Of a DNA stretch of 64,000 nt, positions 24,250 through 36,800 are shown piece after piece (the first letter of the stretch is position 1; the number at the start of each line of letters is the position of its first letter). The translations under genes and the position numbers were made by a program. The DNA is from Amoebophrya sp. A120 (taxonomy: Eukaryota; Protista; Dinoflagellata). Where the stretch lies: the NCBI GenBank assembly GCA_905178155.1, contig CAJINV010000001.1:3611706-3675705 (forward strand). Direction: 5' to 3'. Under the pieces are notes generated by a model, which searched no databases, was not told where the DNA came from, and worked only from the letters and a program-made list of their open reading frames with translations.

Positions 24250-25471
24250 GGTGGACGAAACGAATAAAATTGGACGGTGTACGTAATAGGAGAAAAAAAC
24301 GACCGCGAAGGCTTTGTTCTTTTCGCGCGTTGTTTTTATGAATACTTGTAGCAAAGACGAACCCTCAACACAGTCACTGTCACAGCTTCCAAGAAAAAGT
24401 TGTGTGGGTTGGATTTTTTTTCAAGCCTTCTCGTACAAGAATCTTTCGGTGGATGCTTGTGCCAGGGTTGTACAACTTCCATACTATGGACCAGCATCAG
24501 GGATTAAACTTTGTTAGTTTAAGAGAAAGCTACTGTCTCCTGTATCCCCGAGTAAAAATTCTACACATAGAAGTTGTCGCTGTCAAGCGCGCGCTCCTTA
24601 TTTCGTACTAGGGAGAGGTTTGGCTAGGCAGTCTAGAAATACAAATAGTTTTTGTACTAATGCGTTGTTCTTTTTTGAGTACAGTAACAGTGTTTACGTT
24701 TTGATTTTATCAAACACAGTTCTTAGAGGACTATACCCGAAATAAATCATGTACATTCGAAATTGACTTTGACGGCCCGCCTCCGTCAACTTTCACATCT
24801 GGTTCGCCCCCACATTTAGATAGTCACAGGAACACGACCCTTATTCTGTATGTAAAAAGTATGCAATGGATATCGGCGTTGCATCTCGTAGTTTCACCGC
24901 TGCGAAGGGAAGGTCTTCCCTTCGTCTGGCGTCTTTACATTAAGGAAACGTAACTACAAAAAGAGTCTGCGATGCATTCGCCAACGAGGCGACTGCGACC
25001 ACGACAGGCGGTGCCGAGTAAGTAGACGCAGATAGCATCGCAACCTTGTTGCACAGCTTCCATCTTGACTGGCACCTCTGGAAGAACCCGGAACAGACGA
25101 ACTTTTGCTTGTTACCTGTTGTTTTGTAGCCCAAATCAAGTAAAGCAAAAACAGCTCAGCGACCCTGCCGCTCGAAGCAGGCCCCGCTTCCTGTTTTTAC
25201 GCGGTGCCGCGCTTTTGCGGGAGCCTAAGATGTGTTCTGCGCAGACTGTTCTTATCGCAGCATTTTTTGATCTTCGATCCCAGGTCCGAATAGAAACGTT
25301 TCCTTTGCGAAACAGGTCCTCGTCGGGGACAATCTAATATGGTGCGGGTGGCACTTTGAAATGTCAAGAAGAAGATAAATGTGGTCAAGAACAGTGCGCA
25401 CGGTTTCGTCAAGCTAAACTCAAAACATGCATAATTTTTAGAAGATCAATCGGAGTCCTCCGCCAACCACT

Positions 25472-25797
25472 ATGGGCGCGGTTCGTTTTGCAGCCAGGCG
25501 TCGGCTGAGCAAGAGAGATTTCTATTGGCCACCGCCGAAGCACACAGGTGTGATCCCTCTGGGAACCGACGGCAAGCAGGCTTTCGTTTTCCACGGCAAG
25601 AGCGAGGAGAGCGGTCTGCTGGAGCCGCAAGTCGCGGTAACGTTGAAGCCGTCGCTCGCGAGCAAACTGGTACTATAGCGAGTTGTACCACGAGATCGAC
25701 GTCGATGCTGTTTTGTTTCTTTTTTTCGATGGCTAGAAATCGGCTTAAAGGAAAACAACTTTTCCTCTTCAAAACGCAATTCCAAAATCAGGTATAA
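25472..25797 (+). CDS. Small basic hypothetical protein
   Basis: MGAVRFAARRRLSKRDFYWPPPKHTG... in GC-rich coding-like sequence, with a probable terminal intron ~25670-25791. Frame and start are uncertain. Confidence 0.45.
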
Positions 25798-26554
25798 TAG
25801 TTCAAATAAATCGTCTCTAGAAAATAAAACAGTTTTCTCTGACTGCGGAGGAGCTTGGCGAGGTTGAAAAACTGGCACCGAGGATAAGTTCCTACTTTGA
25901 GCTGTACGCGGCACAAGTAGCAGAGCACGACCGCCGAGTCCAGCGAGACCAAATGCGCTCAGATCTGTTTACACTTTCCATGGGTCACTCATGATGCAAT
26001 GCTACGAGCTTTCTTATCCTCTTTTTTCTACGGCGGTACTACAGAGTAAGTAGTGTCTACTCGCAGTATAGTTTTTGTTCTGTTATCAATAGAGATTTTT
26101 TTTTTTTCGAATGATGTTTGTTTCGATCAGCTGAAGCAGTTCATTCACCGATTTCGCCTGCATAACGAAGAAAAAGAAACCAAGAAGATCGTGATCTTAC
26201 ATGTGTAATGCACAAAGACAAAGGTCAGTACAACTACAAGGGGAGGATCAAGAGGACTTCAAACTTTGACTTCCGACCACCCACAATCGAAATTTTCAAA
26301 ATCATGTTTTGCTTTCCCTTTTCTGTGTCCTCTGCAGCGGCTCAAGCGACATAAAGATCGTACGTACCTAGTGTACCTCTAGCTGACGCCCCTTCAGTTA
26401 TACCCAGTCCCATACCTCTCTGATCCTGATGTCCAGTATTACGAGAAAGTTAAAGTTATTTTTTTTTCGTTGAGTAACTCTACGATTAGGTTCACGTTCA
26501 CGTCGCAGGAGTCTCACCAAGCGCCGATAGTCATACATAAGAAAGCATTCTATC

Positions 26555-29500
26555 ATGGACAGCGACGACGAGCTGCTCCAGTCTCTGCTGGACAAGCATG
26601 ACACCAAACCGTCGAGCAACAAGCGCCCGCCCGGAAATCTGTATGCCAAAGGGAGTGCGCCACCACCACCGCAGAGCGGCCACTCGGCGAACAAATTCCA
26701 CAGTTTCGACGACCTCGACGGCATTCAGATTCGACTCCCGCCCGCGGGATTCGAATCCCGTGGTAGAAGTACAGCTGCCACTCACGCACCGCCTGACGAT
26801 GGGATAGGGATTCAGATTCGAGCGATCTCGACAACGACGGCTGGAGGTCCGAAAAGCCATCACCGGCAAAGGGAGAGCGGCTTCGACCGAGGTGCGGGTG
26901 GTGCAAGAATAGCAGCAGCTCCACCAGAACCACCCGCGCCGCCGCCACCACCTCCGCCGCCCGGGACGTCGTCGTCCGCGCACCACAGCACCGGGTCCCG
27001 GTCGACGCGTGGTGGGCAGCATAATGGACTACATCAGCACGGTAGTAGTTCTTCGCATAACGGTGGTGGACCGGTGCCGCCCCCGCCACCGCCCAAGGAT
27101 CCAAACACGAGCTGTCTGAACCCCAAGTGCCCCCATCAGACCACAGGTCGGTATCCCGAGATCTCCCGCTTTTCCCGCTTTTGCCAGGACTGTCGCTTCT
27201 ATTCGGGCGACCCATTCAAGCCGGCGGCGAAAATTCTGGGCGTGCACATGTGCAACCGGTCGGTGAAGCAGGCGAATTTCGAAGTCCCGGTGTACCCACA
27301 TTCCTACCGCAAGGAGGACATCGTGCGCACGGCAATGGCGGTACCCGGGGCCGGGAATCGGGTCCAAAACTACCTGCAGCTTGGGCCTCTGGGACAGGCG
27401 GAAAGGCCGATCGAGCTGAGAAATCTCGCCGACAACCCGAACCACTACAAGGACGAACTGTCGCACAGATGGCGCGAGTCGGGGGTTTCCGTGTACGTGT
27501 CCGCGCCGCCCAGTGTTGGCGAGCAGCGGGTTTTGAAAATCGACGCTTGCCACGGGGAGGACACGCTGACAAAAGATGACAATGTGCCGCTAAACTTGAC
27601 GCAGTTCCTGAACGAGGCAGCCCGGACGTACGTGATGTACGGGCAACCGTTTTCGTTGAAAGTCAGGGTGGTCTTTAACTTACGCGCCAAGGAAGACGAC
27701 TGCAGGCTGGGGTTGCTCGAGATGAGTCCGCCCATCCTGCCCGAGACGATTTTCGCGAAGATCACTCGTATTTTTAGAAAATTTTTTTTCACATCATTTT
27801 GGATTTGTCATGTTGTTGTTTGCCTCGAATCTTTTGGTTCTCTCATGTCTGTACTCTGCTCTTCCTATTGAAGATTCCTTTTCCTGCTCGTGAGAAGAAG
27901 TATAAAGTTTTGAATTCTCGATCCAAGAACGCCACTGTACTACAGAGCGCAACGTGGTGCCTTCCGCCGAGGACAAGGTGCGTGTGATCACATGGGTGGA
28001 AGAGCACCTGCCGGAAGACAACAGCGACGAGGACGAGATCCAGCTGCTGGACCCGCCGGAAATGTCGCTGACCTGCCCCATGAGCATGGAGCGGATCAAA
28101 ATCGCCGCCCGGGGGAAGATATGGAATGCAAAAATGTCTGGGTCTGGAAGAATTCGAACTTGTGATGCGCATCTCAGAACACAGAAAAATCTGTCATGCA
28201 TAGTTAGCAAAAGTTGCCCGCTTGTTTCTGTCACCAAAACGGGGGATTTGTCATGCGGATTCGGCATTGCGGAAGCTTCTCGAAACCTGTGATGCTAGAG
28301 CTTCCATTTCAGACCTTCTGCGTCATGCAAAAACAGCATGAGTCTTCCAGAGTCAGACATTTTTACATTTGATAGAAGAACTGCACGCACCTGCAGTCCT
28401 GGGACCTGGCGACCTTCATCGAAACTAGCAAGCTCGCCCCGCCGAAGCGCCGGTGGGTCTGCCCGATCTGCGACGTGGTTTGTTTACCGGATCGGGTGGT
28501 GCTCGACAGCTTCACGCAGAAAGTGTTGAAAACCGCCGCGGCGAATGTCGAGTCCGTTTTAATCTCCACCACGGGCGAGTACACTGCCTCGAAGCTCGAG
28601 GACGACGACAGCGGTTTCTCTTCGGACGACTTCAACCCGAACAGTTTAAAAGCGAGAATAGCCGCGACGACCGGACAGAAAAAGAACAACAATATTAAAG
28701 CGCAAGCCGGTTCTTCGCAGTTGGAGCAACGGCGGGAAAAGGACCGCCTGAAGCGGCAGGAGAGAGAAGCGGCGGCGGAGAGGGAACGGAAGAAGAAGGA
28801 CTGGGAGAAGCTGCAGTTCGCCCGGTTCGGCTGGATGGAGGTGGGGGAAAACTGCGACTACTGCGGCAAAGCCGTGCAGTTTCACGGCGGGATCGTGTGC
28901 GGACGAGCGGTCAAGAAGAAACAGGATAACCGCGGGTGCGGGAAAAAAATCTGCTGGAAGTGTTTTCGCAACGAGAGGGATCCCTGCAAAACGACCAAGC
29001 AGGAATTTGAGGAATACGGGGCTGCGGCTTGGTGGATGCACGATAAGTGCATGAATGACAGCGACAGAGCAGCGTATCTATTTAGATGGTGTTTTTTTTC
29101 GCATTTTTGTGTGTGTCTTGAACTTCAAGAAAGATCAAAATGTTGAATCCTAGTATACCGATGCTAAAGAAAGGCCCGATTCCAGCACCGCAGCCTCTCT
29201 AGGCTGCATTGTCACATGGATCGGTGTCTGATACAAGCGTCGAAAAGCAAACCCGTCGGAATCAGATGCGCATCCCTTTTCTGAGAAGATATTCACTGGG
29301 AAGCCACAGACGGCGGAACAATTTCTCCAATGGCAGATCTTCTACTTGTGCGAAAGTAACAGAAACTGAAACGTATTCAAACTACTTAGAAAGACAAAAG
29401 CAAATATGGCCGCATGCACATTTATGTACTTCCATCCATTTGCAGAAATAGAAAATTTTCTTTACTCAGAACACAAAAAAACTATACAGATACTATGGTG

Positions 29501-29710
29501 AAGAGGAAGAGGCCGCCGACGAAAAGCCTGAGCCGCCACCAGAAAAGCGACAGAAAACCAGCCGCGACCGCGGGAGAGACCGCGAGCGGGACCGAGATCG
29601 CGATAGGGACCGAGATCGCGACCGAGAGCGTGATCGAGACCGCGGTCGCGATAGAGACCGTGGCGACCGAGACCGCGAGCGGGAGCGTGAGAGGCGCAGA
29701 AAGGACATAG
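26555..29710 (+). CDS. SIZ/PIAS-like SUMO E3 ligase (MIZ/SP-RING) with a second Cys-rich domain and RD-repeat tail (spliced)
   Basis: SLTCPMSMERIKIAARGK|NCTHLQSWD...WVCPIC; N-terminal FCQDCRFYSGDPF. Introns ~27768-27944 (GT-AG), 28120-28379 (non-canonical) and ~29073-29489 (GT-AG). Confidence 0.85.
28120..28379 (+). mobile_element. Non-canonical intron / introner-like TIR element in the SP-RING
   Basis: GAAGA direct repeat (28115-28119, 28375-28379). ~32-bp TIR: TATGGAATGCAAAAATGTCTGGGTCTGGAAGA versus reverse complement TATCAAATGTAAAAATGTCTGACTCTGGAAGA. No GT donor; removal restores RGKNCTHLQ. Confidence 0.85.
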
Positions 29711-30890
29711 GTGACGAGGACGAAGAGGACGATGGGGGGAAGCTCGCGTGGGAGTGAAAGAGGTGCGGTCAACATGCCCCGTTCCGAAAGGGATGCGCAC
29801 GCTTATCGCAATAACACAGACAGGACGACATATTTGTACGACGACATGCGCCGGTGCAGTGGACCCGGCGCTCTAAAAGCTGCCTCAAAAGGTAGTACGA
29901 AGCATCTTCCTTGCAGTCGCACAGAGATGAGCCCAGCGAGTTTCTGTTTGCTCCAAAAGTCTTGTTGGTGTTCTCGATGAAGGAGATCAAAAAGAATGTA
30001 GAGCGTCGAGTTTGTATTTGTATAGATGATGTAGTTCCTTTCGCGCGATGATCTGATTATGGAGGCGCAATTACATACAACGATCGTCATCTTGGACCAT
30101 CCAGATCCTCTGTATCCAGCGGCACAGTGGCGCGAAGATCTAGCTGGCACTGCAAAAGAGGACGAAAGAAATTAAGAAAGAACTCGATCTAGAAGTTTAG
30201 TATCGTTCTTGCAGGTGGTGGTGGTCGTACGTGATCTTTTCTAAAGTACAACTTAGCCTTTCTTCGCGTTTGCGTTGCGAGCCAGTTTAGCCGGCTCCAA
30301 AAACTACTATGTGGGTGCGATCGTAGCGGGCGCGGCTTCCTCGTTGTGATCCTGTTTACGAATCCTTCCACTAATCTTTCATCGCATGCACTTGCACTTC
30401 TTTTCGTGATCTTCAATCTTGATCGACGCATCGTCCCCGATCGTTACACGAATTTTCACATTGAACGATATTCAAAATGAGTAACCAACGTATCTTATCG
30501 TGTCGTTTATCCTTCATTTTCACGAAGTTTATTTCAGGCCTGACTCTTTACTTTTGGTCATGTAGCTGACGGTTTTTCGCATTGTATGTGCTTGAGAAAC
30601 CAAAATTTGATTACGTTTCATAGCTACGGGCTTGCAAATCAACAAACAGCAACAAGAACTTCGCCCTTGTTGCAGCATATTACATACATAACTGCAAAGA
30701 TGTTTTGTTTTGAAACAACGTGAAGAGTACACATGCAAATACAATTAAAAGTGTCTACCTTTTGATTCTGTAGACACCGAAGCGAAGGAAAAACTACAAC
30801 TAGAATATTATTTACGGAAGCAGGTCCAGGTCGGGCGGTTTTGCAGTGACAGCAAATAAAGCGCAGGACCAGACTGGAGAAGAACACACC

Positions 30891-33800
30891 ATGGTTTTCT
30901 ACTTGACAAAGAGAGCCTTAAAGGCCGCATTCGCGGCAGCAGTACATGGGAATTTTATCAGCGGCGCTTGGGCCGCCGCCAGCTCTACTAGGCAGAGAAT
31001 CCTCTCGCGGACCCGCAGCGCGCCAGCCTCCTTGAGGCGGCGTGTTGCACCATCCAGCAGCAGCAGCAGCGAGGCGGGTGAGGAGCATGAGATGAGTGCT
31101 GTTGTTGAACCGCCAACGGGTCATGACCAGCCGCAGGCGTACATGAACTATGTGGGCAATGGATTTTACGGTCTTGCGCGGGTAGTAGATCCAGCACAAG
31201 CTGCGTCATCTATACCGGGGACTCCGGACCCCGGCGAAGGGCCTTGGTCATACCACTTACATCCGGAAGCGAGGGGGTTCGGGATCTTGCCGCAAGTAGA
31301 ACCAGCTCTGGCTGAGCAGCCAATGATGCCTTTCCAGGAGCAACGAGTTCTCCCGCAATGGAATAACATTCCGCATGACGCGCTGCCAATGTTCCAACCT
31401 CAATACAACACGCAACCTGCACAACAAGAAGAGCCGCAAAACCGGCTGGACGGCGATGCCACACCGGAGGAGTGGCCAGTTTATGCTCCGCTAAACGAGA
31501 CTGGGTCCTCTGCCGTTGGGCTTGTTCAAGCAAATCAGGTACCTTACTACATGAGTAGCCAAGCGACCTTGATGGGCGACTTGACGGGTCGTTATCTACA
31601 CGAGCAGCTGGCAGCGATCCACCAAGCGCAGCAACAGCAGCTGGCAGGAGAGCAGCTGCTACGGGAGCCAGTTTTGGAGAATGAGATCAGTGGCGAAATA
31701 AATCCTCACCGAGGGTCGTCGGTAGCTACGGACAGCGGGGACCACGGCCTGCGGCTTCCCCCAGGTGTGTGGACGAGAAATGCTGCTTCCGCCGCGAATG
31801 TGTTCGAAGCTCGTGCAGAAGATGACGAGGAAGAGACTTCTGCTGGAGAAACAGCCGTACGAGCCGAGATGCCGCCTTCGGGCACTGTTGAGCTTGCAGA
31901 AAAATACGCTGATAGCGACCCGCCACACGACCAAAGGGGACCGGCGACGAGTTTGGAAAAACCAGTTGTAGCCAACGATCTTCCCGCGGCTTCGTATCAA
32001 GTTCAAGAAGAAGATCGAGAAGTTGTAGGTGAAGATAGTACCTTCGTCCAGGACCACGCGCCTGTAGAAGTTGCTGCCAGCAGTAGGACCGCACCCGCAG
32101 CCAAGACAGGAGACCCGGACAATCTTACGTGGGCAGACCGTGCGAAGCTGGCGCACATGATGAAGGAACAGCCCGGTATGACTATTTCGCCGGCAAAAAA
32201 TAAAACTGCAGCAAATATTAAACCTGTTGTTCCACGGACAGCTAGCACCTCAGCCGTTGTAGTGCAACACCAAGCAACCACCTCTACTTCTGCCTCTTCC
32301 TCGCCAGCCGCGCAGATTGGACCGGAGCCGAGCAGGGTAGAAGTACAAAAAGACCACGCCAGGACAACCTCGCGACCGCATTTGCGATCGGGTTCCACGA
32401 TGGAGTCGCTCGTGGGACTGACGAACGATGCGGCCGCCGAGGAGCAAAGCCCGCCTTCTTCCGACCGGTCGACAACGTGGGACCATGAAGACCTCTCTTT
32501 CGACGAGGGCCAGGCTTCCCACGGTGCGGCTTCCTCCAGCACTCACGAAAACGACGGCACTGGTGGTGGTGCACAACCCATTAATATTCACAGCGAGGAG
32601 TCGGGAGACGTGCTGCCCTCCGGGCCGCCATCCTCCACGCCGGCGGACTTTATTGCCAGCGACGATGGTGCGAAGGAGGCACAGGATGCTGACGTGCAGA
32701 TGAACGTGGAACCAGAGCGAAATTCGCCGAAAGATGATCCTTTAGAGCAGCAAAGTGAGGAGCCAACTTCGAAGGAGCAGTCGTTTGTGACCGGAAATTC
32801 CAAAAAGGCCAAAGCAAAAGCGCGAAAAAAGCAAGCGGCGCAACAGGCCGCCGCGCTGCTTGAGAGCGAAGAATCTAGAGTTCCTGTTGCGGACGAGGTG
32901 CCTTCTAGTACTGGAGTCGCCGAGGCCGACGGGCAGCAAGAACAGGACCGAGAGCTGCAGCTGCCCAAAACGGAGGACAATGACAATCAACATATGGAGC
33001 AGGACCAAGGCGGGGACAAGAACGACGCTGCTGTTGCCGAAATCACTGCCAAGCTAGAAGCCTCTCTTCACCTCACGAACCACGGCGACACTGCCGAACA
33101 AGTTCTGGAAACAAAACCAGAACCTAGTACTCCCGCTGCACCGAGCACTCCAGCCGGCGCAGCCGTGCCTGCAAAGCCGAAGGAGATGAAACAAACAGGA
33201 AAGCAAACGAAGAAGCCAGCAGAAGTTGCGGCATTGACAGCAAAGCAGGAGGAGAAATTGCTCAATTCCATTCTAGAAACGAAAATAAATGCCAGCGATA
33301 GCAGTTCATCTGTTGAGAACACCACGAATTCACAGGAGTGCTCGGCGTTGATCGAAACTTTGACGCGGCACCACCAGGGCATGCGCAACACCCGTGCCCG
33401 TTCGGATGCCGCCCGAAATATGAAGGAGGTGCAAAGGCGCCGGGGCGCGTTCGGGCTGCCGGGCCTTGTGTTCAACCCGTCCGAAGAAGAAACGGCGCAA
33501 CACGCGGAGGAGGCCAAATTCCGCGAGGAGCTGAAGGACCGGCTGGATTTTCTGAAGAAGTACTGCGGCCAGGACAGCGACCTACGCCAGATCCGCGAGA
33601 TCGTGAACGAGCGGATTTTGTCCAACATTCCTTCCGACACCGCGGACTTTGTGCTCTGGAAGATGGTCGTGCAAACGCTCTCGAACGAGGTGCTGTTTAC
33701 CCGGAACTGGACCGAAATTTTTTCCGTGGGCCTCCGCTCCCTGCTCCTCGCGAGCGGCATCGCCAACCACGGCAACGGTTTCTTCGTGTCGAACGACATC

Positions 33801-36800
33801 GTCGACGACGTCAAGGCCTTCGCGAAGTACTTGCAATCGCCGGCGAGCGCCAAAGACGCGAAGACGCGGGCCGGCGAAAAGTTCCAGATGCCAGATATCA
33901 CTGTGAATGTACCCAGTTACCGAAACCAGAAGTCCTTGCGGACGCATCCGGTATGTAAATAAGAAAAAATGCCACGTTCTTTTTCATTTCTTTTTTCAAT
34001 TTCAGTCTGTTCAGAGTTCATCTACTGCGCACCCTCTCTTTTTCGAACTTTCCTCTCCATCCTAGAGAAAATGAGCAACACCCAAAGAAGTTAATATATG
34101 ACTGTATTCATTTGTTCGTTATTGCGCTCTGTTGCTTCGCCACAATCGCCAAGGTTAATTGTGAATTATAAAAAAACGCAGCTGCATCCGATGAGCCGAC
34201 AGGCTATCCGGTTGACGACGATGGGCGTGCACTTCAATCCTTTGAGCTTCGCGGTCACCCTGTCGAAAGAGCATGAGAAGTTCGCTGCTGCGGGCACGAA
34301 TTACCGCATGCACTTCAAGGTGCCGGCCCATGTGGACCAGGAAAACGGGGACATCGGGGTCGTCACCGGAAACCCCAACGCGCCGGCCTGTCTGTTCCTG
34401 TTTGAGATGAAAGGGAATCCACACCTCTCGCACCAGCTGCACGGCATGATTTTGCAGAAGATGTACCTGTACGGATCGAGACTCACCATGGGCAAGCTGA
34501 AAGAGCTGGTCGCCACCTTGAATCAAAAAGACAAAAAAACGGGAAAAGACATCGGGCAACACATTGCAGATATCTCCATCCGCGGCGAGTTCCTGAATGC
34601 AGCGTGGGAGAGCGGAAACGTGGCGCAACGACTGGAAGCCCAGGCTCTCCGGTCGATTACCCTCACCCTCGATCAGTCCGATCCGGAGAGTGTGAACCGA
34701 AAAACGGGGCAGAAGCAGCGGATGTCGGGGGCCGACTTTATGAAGGAACTTTTCGAAAAAAGTAAAATGGACTTTACAACTTTCGAGGACACCAAGAACA
34801 ACGGGGAGAACACCGAGGCAAACGCCACGAACGAGGTGCAGCATATTCTGGCGGATTGGAGACAACTCGTTCTGCGTCACCCGGATCTGGTCAAGCAGTA
34901 CGACCGAGAAATCGCACTGATGGAAGATCACCCCAGCGCGGCCAAGTTGCTAGACGGAGCTGGTGCAGCCACTACAGCCGACGCCGAAATGGGCCGCGAC
35001 GGAGAAAACAAAGATGAAGGCAATGATCTCTTCGACCGAATGAAGGAACAGGGAGGGAAGCCTTTCGGAGACCTTACTGCCGAGCTGCAGCAGGGCTTTA
35101 TGCACCTAGTGGAGATCATGGACACCATGAACGACAGCAACCTCAGTCCCGAGCGCGCCGAGGTGCGGGCGGCCGCGTGGATCGCACGCACGGACACGGA
35201 TTGCGTGAAAGCGGCCATTAGGATGCTGCGGGAAACCTCGCAGGACATCGACTGGCTGCCGCCGGACCAGAAGGAGTTATTCAAAGCACAGAGTGAGAAG
35301 GTTCTTTCCTGGCTACAGAGGTACGGAGATGATAATCCCGAGGACGCCGAGGAACTGAGGACACCGAAGGTAGAGGACGATTTCGTCGTGGTTTCACGAC
35401 CGGGGGAAGACGGCGCGCCTGTTTTCGTGGACGACACCGACTCCGTGGATGCGCATTTGCGGGATTGGAAAGGCTTGCTGTTTGCGTTACACGAGATCAT
35501 GGAGCGGGTGGTTGCGGCAACCGCTTTGCCGCACTTCCTCGAGTGGAACCCCAAAACGCGGTCGCATTTGGTCAGTTCGGTCGCAAAAGTCGACCTCCGC
35601 CGCGACCTGCCGCATGGTCTCTGGATCCCGGACCTGAGCGAGCACCTGGCCGGTGCCGACCCAAGTGTGGTAAAGCAGTGGTCGGAACGGCGGTTGCGGT
35701 TTCTGGAACACGAATTCACACGCCTGGTCAGCGATTCCGTGGTTTCGCAGCCGAACAGTTGGGCGCCAGGGTTCGACCAAGAAGAAAATTTTGGCAGCGA
35801 TTATGTGGGGGAAACAGCAAAGGGAAAAATGAAAAACCTGCTCTTCGCGGACAGTGCTGTAGCCGGGAAGAAAAATAAATCTTCCATCTGGTCGGACGAA
35901 CACTTGAAGGCCCCTTCGGAGAAACGCGACGGGGTTGCGGGCGGCAGTTCTGGCAAGAAAACAAGCTTGTCCTCGACGGGCCTCGGGCAGTTGGTCGCTA
36001 AGTGGTTGGACATGGAGAAGAGTGCCTTCCCAGAGCACCCGCTCGACCAGCCGGGCCACAAAGTTTTCTTCCACGTTGCGAAAGAAATGACGCTCTTTTT
36101 TCACACGGGGAATTCGGTGTTGCAGGACTACTCCTTTTTCATCCAGGGCGGGTTTCGGCCGTCCATCGGCTTGGAAAGTGTCGAAATTCCAATGGAAGTA
36201 ATTCGAGTTGGGGAACAAGTTGCAAATGGAAGCAAGACCACTGGTAAAGAAGACGACAGCAATGTATCGTCCTACCACCTTGTCCCGGCGGACGGACTTG
36301 CAAGTGTGAAACTCTTGGAGAAAAAGGGAAAGCGGAACAGTAAATCCAAATCTACTTCAGGGGGCAAGTCGAAGTCGAAGTTCCTGGCTCCCCGGGTTGA
36401 GGAGGAAGAAGATGAGAAAGATTCGATTTTTGCCACGCAAGAACTGGAGCGACGCCTACCTTCCGACGCGACAGTGATTGCGGGCCTAGTACCCGATTCC
36501 ATCGGAGAATACAAGCAACAGGAAGACTCGGAATTACTGAAGGTGCATTTCAAAAAGGCTCTTCCGCAAGAGCAGGCCGCGACCACCAAGGGCACCAAAG
36601 GTAGCAACAAGGCTGCAAAAGGACCTGAACAGCAGCTCGCTGCTCATTTACCTGCTGTTTCTAAAAATCGAGAGCGCACCACTGCTGAGCGTGGGGAGTT
36701 ACTCGCTTTGTTCGGCATTCGCAGCGAGGAATTCTTTCGCACTGCGGGCATGAACAAAATGGGATACACTGACGGGAAAAAGACGGGGCTCACCTCGTCA

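Noticed and set aside
29563-29700. GACCGN-type tandem repeat
   Set aside because: Simply encodes the Arg-Asp/Glu dipeptide tail of the SIZ/PIAS-like gene.
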